DNA from: Desulfomonilia bacterium
GTDB taxonomy: Bacteria > Desulfobacterota > Desulfomonilia > UBA1062
DNA length: 64,000 nt
NCBI GenBank assembly: GCA_036567785.1
Contig: DATCTV010000002.1
Span: 23,038-87,037, forward strand
Reading direction: 5' to 3'
Shown here one piece after another: positions 39,591 to 48,454 of the stretch (position 1 is the stretch's first letter; each line of letters begins with the position of its first letter). The position numbers and the translations under genes are program-made. The notes beneath the pieces were generated by a model. It saw only the letters and a list, made by a program, of their open reading frames with translations. It was not told where the DNA came from and ran no database searches.

Positions 39591-40336
39591 TGTCTGAGAT
39601 GGAACTCTTTACGGATACCATCGCAGCTGTAAGGTCATTTGTGGCGCAGTCATCTGCCATAAAATCCTGGAAAGAGGACTCCTCATGCCTTTGGCCTTCC
39701 GGCGGAAGCCGCAACATTGTCCTCAAAGACGACACCGGGCTCGAACTTGGCAGTCCTGAAATGGATTCCGTGAGCTGCCTTTTGTGGACACAGGACAAAA
39801 GCCTGGTTGAAGACGGCAGGATAACCGTTATCGGGCGTGATTTTCCTGAATGCAAAGATGAAAGCCTGCCCTTCGGCAAGGTAGTCATAGCAGGAGTCGA
39901 AGGCTTCAACGAGGATAACGCCTATGAGAGGCACAAGGATATGGATTTTCTGCGTTATGATCTTGACCTCAAGGGCTTCATGCTGCGTGCAGCTTCACAG
40001 TTCATGCGCGAATGGTGCCGCATCAGCAGGGATGCGCTGCAAAAAGGCTTCTCTGCACTTATACTGGGTTCGGCCCTGATGCGGCTCTTTCGAGCGCAAC
40101 CATTTGTCAAATCGGTAGAGGTCATCTACCTTACTTCCAGCACCGAAGATATACTCAGGCTCAGGGAAATAACGACGCCTGCGGAAATGATCATTGCCGC
40201 AATGAACAAGATGGCCGTTGAGATGGATTTCGAATGCGACAGCTGCGATTACAGGACTGTCTGCGATGATGCGACCCAGCTCAAGAGCATGCGCGAGAGC
40301 CTGATGAAAAAATCAGTGGAGGCGGCCCGTGGCTGA
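39590..40336 (+). CDS. Hypothetical protein with C-terminal Cys cluster (CDSCDYRTVCDD)
   Basis: GTG at 39590 overlaps the upstream TAG; an alternative ATG lies at 39599. 248 aa; possible metal-binding motif 'DFECDSCDYRTVCDD'. Confidence 0.5.
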   Translation: MSEMELFTDTIAAVRSFVAQSSAIKSWKEDSSCLWPSGGSRNIVLKDDTGLELGSPEMDSVSCLLWTQDKSLVEDGRITVIGRDFPECKDESLPFGKVVIAGVEGFNEDNAYERHKDMDFLRYDLDLKGFMLRAASQFMREWCRISRDALQKGFSALILGSALMRLFRAQPFVKSVEVIYLTSSTEDILRLREITTPAEMIIAAMNKMAVEMDFECDSCDYRTVCDDATQLKSMRESLMKKSVEAARG

Positions 40337-41090
40337 AACCGGAATAATAGCGCTTTGCGGCAAGGGCGGCGTGGGCAAGACTTCGGTATCGGCCATTATG
40401 GTGAAGCTTCTGGCGAAAAAGCATCACGCAAAGATACTCGCAATCGACGCCGACCCGGCAGTGGGTCTGGCCACAGCACTTGGCGTAAGTGTAATGAGGA
40501 CGGTGAATGATATCCGCAATGATCTCATCTCGAACCTTAAAAACGGCGGTAAGGACCGCGAGACTATAAGAAATCTCGATTACGAGGTGTTCGGTGCCCT
40601 CAAGGAGCAGGACGGTTACGCCCTGCTTGCCATAGGAAGACCCGAGGATGAAGGGTGTTTCTGCCGCGTGAATTCCCTTCTGAAAGACATCATCCGTGAC
40701 CTTGCAGGAAATTTCGATATTGTCCTCATCGACGGCGAGGCCGGGATAGAACAGATCAACCGCCGGGTAATGAAGACTGTCGATCATCTGGTACTTGTTT
40801 CTGATACTTCGGCAAAAGGCATCAATGTGGCCAATACCGTTGCTTCGGTTGCCAAAGACAGAAACGCGGTTGATTTCAGCGATATCGGCCTCATCCTAAA
40901 CAGGGTGAGAAGCGAAACGGAAGTCATGGATATCGGCACCAGGACCAGCCTCAGCATACTGGGCGCAATCGGTGAAGACGAGTTTATCAGGGATTACGAT
41001 TTCAGAGGCATCCCCCTTGCCGGCATACCTGATACCTCGCCCTCGGTGACTGCGGTTAACGGCATCCTTGAAAAAATGCACATTATTTGA
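40329..41090 (+). CDS. CooC/AcsF-like MinD-superfamily P-loop ATPase (metallocentre maturation-type)
   Basis: GTG at 40329. Deviant Walker A 'CGKGGVGKTS' right at the N-terminus, and a 'GCFC' Cys-X-Cys motif at about residue 108, as in the nickel-insertion ATPase CooC. Confidence 0.65.
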   Translation: MAETGIIALCGKGGVGKTSVSAIMVKLLAKKHHAKILAIDADPAVGLATALGVSVMRTVNDIRNDLISNLKNGGKDRETIRNLDYEVFGALKEQDGYALLAIGRPEDEGCFCRVNSLLKDIIRDLAGNFDIVLIDGEAGIEQINRRVMKTVDHLVLVSDTSAKGINVANTVASVAKDRNAVDFSDIGLILNRVRSETEVMDIGTRTSLSILGAIGEDEFIRDYDFRGIPLAGIPDTSPSVTAVNGILEKMHII

Positions 41091-41103
41091 AGAGGAGCCT
41101 TTC

Positions 41104-42237
41104 ATGGCAGAAAAGACCTCAATACTGAAAGAATTCGATAAGCTCCTTGAGACCCCTTTGAACCATCTGGTCGAACAGGCTGCTTCGAACGGCCGCATTC
41201 CTATTGGATATTCCTGCTCCTTTGTGCCCGAAGCACTTCTGATGGCGGACAGGCTTTTCCCGGTGAGGCTTCAGGCCCCGGGCATTGCGGGCACCGAGAT
41301 TGCTGACAATTATCTTTCAAGCCTGACATGCTCTTACACACGAAGCCTTCTCGAATTCGCGATTGACGGCCGCTATGACCTTATAAAGGGATGGGTTTTT
41401 GTGCCTTCATGCGCACACATGCAGCGTCTTTACGACAACCTGGATTATCTCACAAAACCCGCATTCAATCACATCCTCGATGTCCCGCGCAAGGTGAACG
41501 AAGCGGCGATTGCATGGCAGGCCGATGAACTGAGGATACTCTCCCGGCGGCTTGCATCACATTTCGATATCGACATGAGCGACGCCGCGCTTATGAAGGC
41601 AATCGCTGAGTGGAACGAATTTTCAGCAGAAATCGAATCGATTGGTGAACTCAGGAAAAACCCTGAACCTCCCCTGACCGGAGCGGAGTTCCACCGCATC
41701 GTAATGGCGTCTCTTGCATCACCCAGGGATTTGATAATGCCTTACATAAGAGAACTGCGCACCGAAATCGAAAAACGGACCGAGCGGAAAAAATACCGGG
41801 CCAGACTGATGCTGGCAGGCTCTCACCTGCATGATCCTGAATTCATAAGGATCATCGAATCGCAGGGAGGCCTCGTCGTTGCCGACAGGATATGCACAGG
41901 CTCAATCCCCGGGCTCATGCCTGTCATATCCGATGGTGATCCCGTAAGGGCTCTTGCCGAACACACTTTCAGAAAAACCCTTTGTCCCCGGATGATGGAG
42001 AATTTCGACCTCAGGCTTAAGAATATTGTCGAAACCGTTAAAGAATACAGGGTGGACGGTGTAGTAATCGAGATAATCAAGTTCTGCGACCTCTGGGGGG
42101 TTGATTCCATGCCTCTTGTAAGGTCACTGCGTGCACAGGGTATTCCCGTGCTCAAACTCGAGCGCGAATACCGTCAGGGAGGAGAAGGACAACTGCGCAC
42201 CAGGGTGCAGGCCTTCATCGAAAGCATGGGAAAATGA
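41104..42237 (+). CDS. Second HgdB/BcrC-family subunit
   Basis: GAGGAG at 41092-41097, ATG at 41104; the track starts at 41068 without an RBS. 'IPIGYSCSFVPEALLMADRLFPVRLQ' parallels 35215-36348. C-terminal 'QLRTRVQAFIESMGK'. Confidence 0.7.
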   Translation: MAEKTSILKEFDKLLETPLNHLVEQAASNGRIPIGYSCSFVPEALLMADRLFPVRLQAPGIAGTEIADNYLSSLTCSYTRSLLEFAIDGRYDLIKGWVFVPSCAHMQRLYDNLDYLTKPAFNHILDVPRKVNEAAIAWQADELRILSRRLASHFDIDMSDAALMKAIAEWNEFSAEIESIGELRKNPEPPLTGAEFHRIVMASLASPRDLIMPYIRELRTEIEKRTERKKYRARLMLAGSHLHDPEFIRIIESQGGLVVADRICTGSIPGLMPVISDGDPVRALAEHTFRKTLCPRMMENFDLRLKNIVETVKEYRVDGVVIEIIKFCDLWGVDSMPLVRSLRAQGIPVLKLEREYRQGGEGQLRTRVQAFIESMGK

Positions 42238-42277
42238 AAATCATAAAAATGCGTTTACAAAGAATCTGAGGCGAAAA

Positions 42278-43591
42278 ATGGGACATCTCGCAGGCAAGGA
42301 CATATTCAACAAAGTCGGCAATAAAATCGACAGCCTTCATGTTCGTTGTACGAATAATGATAACCTCAGAGAAATTGCAAGGGCCCTTTTTACCGAAGAA
42401 GAGGCCGGGGTTTTTGTAAAGCTGCCTTATGTATTTTCCACTCTTGAAAGGATTCACAAGATCACAGGGCTTCCGGAAAAGCATCTTGAACACATGCTGA
42501 ATGGTCTCAGCGGCAAAGGGCTTGTCGTAGATATATGGGCCAATGGCCGCTATCATTACATGCCCTCCCCCATGATAATAGGCATCTTCGAGTTCACCAT
42601 GATGCGCACCGGCAAAGACAGCAGGCCAGATGAATGGGGGCCTCTCTTTTACAGGTACCTTGAAAACCCGGACAGCATTTATAATGTCAATCTGGGTGAC
42701 GGCCAGTTCATGTCTCCCGCACGGGTACTGCCCAATGACGAATCCACCCTGCCCGATGAATACACCCGCATCCTCGATTATGAATCGGCTGCAAGCATAA
42801 CTGAAAGGGCCTCACTTTGCGCAGTAGGATTGTGCTCGTGCCGGCATGAAAAGCTTCATGCCGGAGTCAAAACATGTGACCTGCCGCTCGATACCTGCGC
42901 CAGCTTCGGTTGGGCCGCCGATTACCTCATCCGGCACAATATGGCCAGAAAGGTCTCCGCATCCGAAATGAAGGAGACACTGGCGCTGTCCGGAAAGAAG
43001 GGTCTCGTGCTCTGCGCGGACAATGTCAGGTGGAATGTGACCTTTATCTGTCAGTGCTGCTCATGCTGCTGCAACCTGCTGAGAGGCATTACGAAACACG
43101 GTTATCCCAATACCGTTGTCACCTCAAGCTTCATCGCAAATGTAATGAGCGACAACTGCAACGGTTGCTCGAAATGCGAAAAGGCATGCCCGGTGAACGC
43201 GATAACAATGCTTGAAGACGGGTCATCTTCTGTTCCAAAAACAAAAAAGGCCTCTGTCAATGAGGATTTTTGCCTGGGATGCGGCGTATGCACACTTCTT
43301 TGCAAAACAAAATGCCTGACGCTTAAAAAGCGAACAAGCCGTTTCATTCATCCAGAGACGACATTTGAAAGAGTTATCCTACAGTGCCTTGAACGCGGAA
43401 CGCTGCAGAACCAGATATTCGATAACCCTGAAAGCCTGACGCAAACCTTCATGCGCGGGCTCATAAAAGGTTTTCTGAAGCTCGTTCCGGCCAGACAGAT
43501 CGAGATGAGCGAAACTCTGAGATCGGCCTTCCTTGCATCTGCAAGGCTCATCGTAAGAATTCAGGGCAAGGGATGGATAACAGAGATTTAA
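42278..43591 (+). CDS. Poly-cysteine iron-sulfur protein with two ferredoxin-type CxxCxxCxxxCP motifs
   Basis: GAGG, then ATG at 42278; the track's 5' extension overlaps the previous gene. Motifs 'CNGCSKCEKACP' and 'CLGCGVCTLLC', plus Cys-dense 'CQCCSCCCN' and 'CAVGLCSCRHEKLHAGVKTCDLPLDTC'. Probable electron-transfer partner. Confidence 0.6.
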   Translation: MGHLAGKDIFNKVGNKIDSLHVRCTNNDNLREIARALFTEEEAGVFVKLPYVFSTLERIHKITGLPEKHLEHMLNGLSGKGLVVDIWANGRYHYMPSPMIIGIFEFTMMRTGKDSRPDEWGPLFYRYLENPDSIYNVNLGDGQFMSPARVLPNDESTLPDEYTRILDYESAASITERASLCAVGLCSCRHEKLHAGVKTCDLPLDTCASFGWAADYLIRHNMARKVSASEMKETLALSGKKGLVLCADNVRWNVTFICQCCSCCCNLLRGITKHGYPNTVVTSSFIANVMSDNCNGCSKCEKACPVNAITMLEDGSSSVPKTKKASVNEDFCLGCGVCTLLCKTKCLTLKKRTSRFIHPETTFERVILQCLERGTLQNQIFDNPESLTQTFMRGLIKGFLKLVPARQIEMSETLRSAFLASARLIVRIQGKGWITEI

Positions 43592-43631
43592 GAGAAACAT
43601 GAAATATAAACTATGATCACCGGGAGGAGAT

Positions 43632-44429
43632 ATGGCGAAGAAGTACTTCGGCGGCTGTGATGTGGGTTCGACAACTGGCAAGGTCGTTATCCTTGATGAA
43701 GACGGCTCGATCGCCGCGACTATTATCATACCCAGCGAGATCGACCCTGAACTTACATCAAAGCTGGCGCTTGAAAAAGCCTGCGCACAGGTTCCGGGCC
43801 TTGGCGCATACACTGAACTGGCCTATCTGGTGGGCACCGGCTACGGCAGGAACGAGGTCGTATTCGCCGATGAGAATGTCTCGGAGATCAGCTGCCATGC
43901 CATGGGCGCTTTTTTCTGCGACCCGGAGATCAAGACCATCGTGGACATAGGCGGGCAGGATGTCAAAACCATAGCACTGGATGGCGACGGCTCGGTGCTG
44001 GAATTCGCCATGAACGACAAATGCGCTGCAGGAACGGGACGCTTCTTCGAGGCGATGAGCCGGATATTCCGCATGGACCTCGACGAGTTCTCCCGGCTCT
44101 CCCTGAACGCGGTAAAATCAATACCCGTAACGGCTCAGTGCAGCGTCTTTGCCGAAAGCGAGGTGATCAGCCTTTTAGCCAGGCGCAATCCGCCTGAAGA
44201 TATAGCTGCAGGCATACAGACTTCCGTGGCAAAACGCTGTTTCACCCTCCTCAAGAGAATCGGGATGAACCCCAGGATAACCGTAACCGGAGGCTGCGCC
44301 AAAAACCAGGGCCTCATAAAAGCTCTCACAAAAATAATTGATATGGATGTGACCCGGCTCTCCGTTGACCCGCAGATCATCGGCGCCCTCGGTGCGGCGG
44401 TCTTTGCAAGAAGAAAGGGGATGTCCTGA
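43632..44429 (+). CDS. BadF/BadG/BcrA/BcrD-type ATPase (HgdC-like activase), third copy
   Basis: RBS GGGAGGAG, ATG at 43632. 'FGGCDVGSTTGKVVIL', 'DIGGQDVKT', 'NDKCAAGTGRFFE'. Confidence 0.8.
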   Translation: MAKKYFGGCDVGSTTGKVVILDEDGSIAATIIIPSEIDPELTSKLALEKACAQVPGLGAYTELAYLVGTGYGRNEVVFADENVSEISCHAMGAFFCDPEIKTIVDIGGQDVKTIALDGDGSVLEFAMNDKCAAGTGRFFEAMSRIFRMDLDEFSRLSLNAVKSIPVTAQCSVFAESEVISLLARRNPPEDIAAGIQTSVAKRCFTLLKRIGMNPRITVTGGCAKNQGLIKALTKIIDMDVTRLSVDPQIIGALGAAVFARRKGMS

Positions 44430-45988
44430 TGATGAGCGTCCTTAAAGGGGAGTACGCGAAAGGAGTAAAAATGGGGATAAGGAAAAACATAACTCAAATA
44501 AAAGCCCTTATTAAAATTCTGCCCGGACTGATCAAGGGTCTCATGCAGAATACCCTGGCAGGCTATCTCGTTAATGCAGCGAACCTCAGGGATGCATCAG
44601 TCTATGTAAAATACTGGTCGCTCAACTGGATCTTTATCCTCAGACTCGGCCTTATGCTGCTTGTTAAAAAAGGGCCTCTCGGGCTTGTGCGCGTTATTCT
44701 CAATTCCCCCTGGGTGCTTATCCTCTTAAGGGTGAACGGCCTGTGCTGCAGGCTTGCCAGAGGAAGGAGCGGCATATATCTCGAGGCCATCTGCACAACG
44801 GTTCATACCATAACCATGACCCTGGAAGAGCAGCTTGAAGATATATTCCTTGACCATGATAACCTTGTAGTCAACGAGGACCTTGTGCCGACCGATATAG
44901 TCCGCGCGATGGGACTCAAGGCCTGGCTTCTGGAGGCCATGGGAATACTGCTTCCGATTCTTGCACCGGAGGCGGATCTCAGATACATCGACGAGGCGGA
45001 AAACGCTGGCATCAACCCCGATGCATGCAGCCTGCCCAAGGCTACAGTCGGCATGGTCCTCAAGGGGCATATGCCGAGCGGGGTAGCCCTTGTCAGTTCG
45101 AACATGCCATGCGATGCGGGAGCGGCTTCATATTCCCTTATCCAGCAGGAGCTCAAGGTGCCTATCTACAGGCTGGATGTGCCTTTTAACTTCTACAACG
45201 AACGTGCGGAAAAGCACTTTGCAGGAGATCTGAAAGACATGATAGCGTGGCTTGAGGAAAATACTCCCGGCCGCATGGACTGGAAACGCCTGCGTGAGAT
45301 ATGCGAGGGGCGAAACAGGATGCGCGAACTTGAGCTGGAGCTGTGGGATCTTATCAGGATCCGTCCGGCGCCTCTGGCCGGCGAGGCGGTTATATTGAGC
45401 CATCTCTGGCATTTCAACCTGATGCCCGGACACAAGACCGCAATCAGACACTATGAAAATCTTGTAAGGCTCGCGAAAAAAAATCTCGAACAGGGCATCC
45501 CCGCAACCAAAAACGAAAGATACCGTGCAGTCCTGTGGAATCCTCCCTTCTGCCAGTTCATCGACCTTCTGAACTGGGCTGAACGCACTTATGGGCTCAC
45601 GCTCATCAACGACAGCATGACGTACAACAGACACAGGGCAATCGACACCTCCACCCCGGATTCAATGCTCCTTGGTCTGGCCAGTACAATCATGCAGGGG
45701 CCCATGGTAAGGCACACCAGGGGGCCGGCCGAAAACTATCTGGATGATATCTTCCGCATGTACAAGCAGTTTGACCTGGATATGGTCTGGATAGCGAATC
45801 ATGTCGGATGCAAGACCGGGCAGGCGATGAACGGGATCCTCCGCGAAAGATGCCGTGCCATGAAAATACCGCTTCTTATCCTTGATTATGACCTGCTGGA
45901 TAACCGTATCGTATCGCATGAAGGCATGATGAATCAGGTGGAGCATTTCATGGAGAACGTCATGAAGGCAAAGCGGCTTGATCAATAG
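44429..45988 (+). CDS. Second HgdA/BcrB-family subunit with atypical hydrophobic N-terminal extension
   Basis: ATG at 44429 overlaps the upstream TGA. The C-terminal 380 aa parallel 36617-38026 ('CSLPKATVGMVLKGHMP...', 'IANHVGCKTGQAMN...'). The first roughly 130 aa, with two hydrophobic stretches, are unusual. The start is uncertain. Confidence 0.65.
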   Translation: MMSVLKGEYAKGVKMGIRKNITQIKALIKILPGLIKGLMQNTLAGYLVNAANLRDASVYVKYWSLNWIFILRLGLMLLVKKGPLGLVRVILNSPWVLILLRVNGLCCRLARGRSGIYLEAICTTVHTITMTLEEQLEDIFLDHDNLVVNEDLVPTDIVRAMGLKAWLLEAMGILLPILAPEADLRYIDEAENAGINPDACSLPKATVGMVLKGHMPSGVALVSSNMPCDAGAASYSLIQQELKVPIYRLDVPFNFYNERAEKHFAGDLKDMIAWLEENTPGRMDWKRLREICEGRNRMRELELELWDLIRIRPAPLAGEAVILSHLWHFNLMPGHKTAIRHYENLVRLAKKNLEQGIPATKNERYRAVLWNPPFCQFIDLLNWAERTYGLTLINDSMTYNRHRAIDTSTPDSMLLGLASTIMQGPMVRHTRGPAENYLDDIFRMYKQFDLDMVWIANHVGCKTGQAMNGILRERCRAMKIPLLILDYDLLDNRIVSHEGMMNQVEHFMENVMKAKRLDQ

Positions 45989-46059
45989 ACTCGTTCAGAT
46001 GAACTTGACTTTAGACAAGAAATCCCATATTGATAAGCATTATCAATATGGAGAATTTT

Positions 46060-46566
46060 ATGAAAGCAAAATCCGTCAAGGAAACTTCATTGTCAATGTC
46101 ACACCTCATGACCCCGCAGGATGCCAATATCGCGGGCAATGTTCACGGAGGCGTCATAATGAAACTTATCGACGATGCAGCCGGTACTGTGGCTGCAAGG
46201 CATTCGACAGGAAATGCTGTTACGGCATCAATCGACAGGCTGAGCTTCTTCAGCCCTGTTTTCATAGGGAACCTCCTTACATTAAGGGCAAGCATCAACC
46301 ATGTCGGCAGGACTTCAATGGAAATAGGAGTAAGGGTCGAGGCTGAAGACATCTTCACCGGTGTTGTCAGACATACAGCATCGGCTTATCTCACTTTTGT
46401 GGCTCTGGATGAAAATTTGAAACCGAAAGAAATCCCGGGGTTGATACTGGAAAACGATAACGAGAACAGACGCTACCGCGAAGCCATTGCAAGAAGACAA
46501 AACCGTCTGAATGAAAGAAAAAAGGAGGAAGCCTGCCAGAAAGGCCCGGATTCATGCAGTCTATGA
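46060..46566 (+). CDS. Acyl-CoA thioesterase (hotdog fold, YciA-like)
   Basis: ATG at 46060 is 6 nt after GGAG. '[28 protein letters not shown]' is the hotdog thioesterase active-site region. Confidence 0.7.
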   Translation: MKAKSVKETSLSMSHLMTPQDANIAGNVHGGVIMKLIDDAAGTVAARHSTGNAVTASIDRLSFFSPVFIGNLLTLRASINHVGRTSMEIGVRVEAEDIFTGVVRHTASAYLTFVALDENLKPKEIPGLILENDNENRRYREAIARRQNRLNERKKEEACQKGPDSCSL

Positions 46567-46917
46567 TTTTTTTTCAAGTTTTTTAAGACCCCATGCCTGG
46601 CGCGATTTGTCGCATTTCTCCTCGGGCAGACCGTCCGCCCATGAAAAAGGTATATCCCGGCAGACCTGTGGACGTCTCTCATAAATAGTGCAGCGGACCG
46701 CCTTGCCTATTTCTCCTTCAAGTGCAATGCATCTGGGTTCCGGGCGGTTCGTGCCTTTCATAACGGCCCTGAAATCGTTCAGCTTTTCTGTAAGCCCTGC
46801 AGGCACACCGCCCTCTTTTGCATCGTCGCATTCACCCCAGTAAAAAGATACCCTGAAATATGCACAGCAAGCACCGCATGCAAGACACGGATTATATTCT
46901 TCTCTTTTTTCTTTCAT
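46561..46917 (-). CDS. YkgJ-family (CxxCxxCC) zinc/iron-chelating Cys-cluster protein
   Basis: '[19 protein letters not shown]' matches the UPF0153/YkgJ CxxCxxCC motif. Convergent with the thioesterase, overlapping it by 6 nt. Confidence 0.65.
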   Translation of the reverse strand: MKEKREEYNPCLACGACCAYFRVSFYWGECDDAKEGGVPAGLTEKLNDFRAVMKGTNRPEPRCIALEGEIGKAVRCTIYERRPQVCRDIPFSWADGLPEEKCDKSRQAWGLKKLEKKS

Positions 46918-47059
46918 AACAAGAGGCTCATTAGACTATATCCATAAGCATAATCAAGCACGATCAGAACGCATGATATAATTATCTAAAGTAGATTATG
47001 GAATAATCCGTTATAACCATTATGGATTCAAAAGGTTTAAAGGTTTTCAGGAGGTTTCA

Positions 47060-48454
47060 ATGAAGACTAGAATCGGCAGTATCAATGCACTGTACCCGAT
47101 GCCTGTCGTTCTTGTAGGAGCCCTTGTCGGCGGTAAACCAAACTTTATCACCGTCGCACATGTAGGGATATTGAATGCCAGTGCTCCCCACCTCGTATCC
47201 ATAGGTCTGGGAAAAGTACATTTTACCAACAAGGGCATAAAGGAAAACAGGACATTCAGTATAAACATCCCTTCAGAGGATATGATGCGCAAGGTCGACT
47301 ACGCCGGTCTTGTTTCAGGGAAAAAAACCGACAAATCAAATCTCTTTGACATAACCACGGGTGAACTCGGAACCGCGCCCATGATAAACGAATGCCCGGT
47401 ATCCATGGAGTGCAAGGTGGTAAACATTATAGAGCTCCCCACTCATGATGTTTTCATTGGAGAAATAACATCTACATATTCCGATGAATCGGTAATGAAA
47501 GGCACCCGCATAGACATCGGCAAGATACGCCCCATTCTTTTCGATATGGCAAGTCGTATGTATTATTCACTGGGACGTCCCATCGGCAATTGCTGGGATG
47601 AAAAGAACAGAACCCTTTTCGAGGAAGAGCTTCAGAACAGGGGTGAAGAAAAAACATACAAATGGAACGCACATGATTATGCCAGAAATTCCTCGGTCCA
47701 GAAGGCGTTCGGGGTCGAATTGATCGAGAAGATGCAGTTGAAAGGCAATGAATCCATCCTTGATATCGGCTGCGGCGACGGCAAGCTCACCGAAATGATC
47801 GCCGAAAGGATACCTGACGGTCATGTAATCGGCATAGACAATTCCCCGGACATGATCAGCTATGCGAAGGAAACCTATTCAAACATCCGTAACCTCAAGT
47901 TCATGCAGGTCGATGCCCAGAAGATGCTCTTTGACGATACCTTCGATATAGCTTTTTCAAATGCGGCGCTTCACTGGGTGAAAGACCACAAGGCGCTTCT
48001 TGCAGGTGTCAAGAAAGGGCTCAAACCTGGCGGCAGGATCCTTTTCCAGATGGGTGGCAGGGGCAATGTAAACGAAATCATGGCGGCGATTACAGAGACC
48101 ATATCATTGCCTGAATGGAAGGAATATTTCAAGGATACAGGCTCCCCTTATAATTTTTACGGGCCTGACGAGTACCGCATGCTTCTCAAACATGCCGGTC
48201 TTGAACCGGTCAGGATGGAGCTTATCCCCAAAGAAATGAAGTTTGATTCAAGAGACGGCCTTGTAAGCTGGGTTAGGACTACCTGTCTCCCCTACACTCT
48301 TATCGTCCCTGAAGACAGGAGAGACGCCTTTATCGAAGGCATCGTTGAACTGTATCTGTCAAAAAATCCGGCCGATATTGACGGAACCATTCACCTGAAG
48401 GCCGTAAGACTTGAGATAGAAGCGACAAAACCGATTTCCAACGGCTTGATTTGA
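47060..48454 (+). CDS. Fusion of flavin-reductase-like FMN-binding domain and class I SAM-dependent methyltransferase (Tam-like)
   Basis: RBS AGGAGG, ATG at 47060. The N-terminal approximately 190 aa have a flavin-reductase-like split-barrel signature ('LYPMPVVLVGALVGGKPNFITVAHVG'). The C-terminal domain 'ILDIGCGDGKLTEMIAE...AFSNAALHWV' is a SAM methyltransferase motif I/post-I. Confidence 0.65.
   Translation: MKTRIGSINALYPMPVVLVGALVGGKPNFITVAHVGILNASAPHLVSIGLGKVHFTNKGIKENRTFSINIPSEDMMRKVDYAGLVSGKKTDKSNLFDITTGELGTAPMINECPVSMECKVVNIIELPTHDVFIGEITSTYSDESVMKGTRIDIGKIRPILFDMASRMYYSLGRPIGNCWDEKNRTLFEEELQNRGEEKTYKWNAHDYARNSSVQKAFGVELIEKMQLKGNESILDIGCGDGKLTEMIAERIPDGHVIGIDNSPDMISYAKETYSNIRNLKFMQVDAQKMLFDDTFDIAFSNAALHWVKDHKALLAGVKKGLKPGGRILFQMGGRGNVNEIMAAITETISLPEWKEYFKDTGSPYNFYGPDEYRMLLKHAGLEPVRMELIPKEMKFDSRDGLVSWVRTTCLPYTLIVPEDRRDAFIEGIVELYLSKNPADIDGTIHLKAVRLEIEATKPISNGLI

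Noticed and set aside
42131-42277. Track start of the Fe-S protein at 42131, overlapping the HgdB-like gene
   Set aside because: The upstream part is out of frame with and inside the preceding gene. ATG 42278 with GAGG upstream, after the TGA at 42235-42237, is the coherent start.
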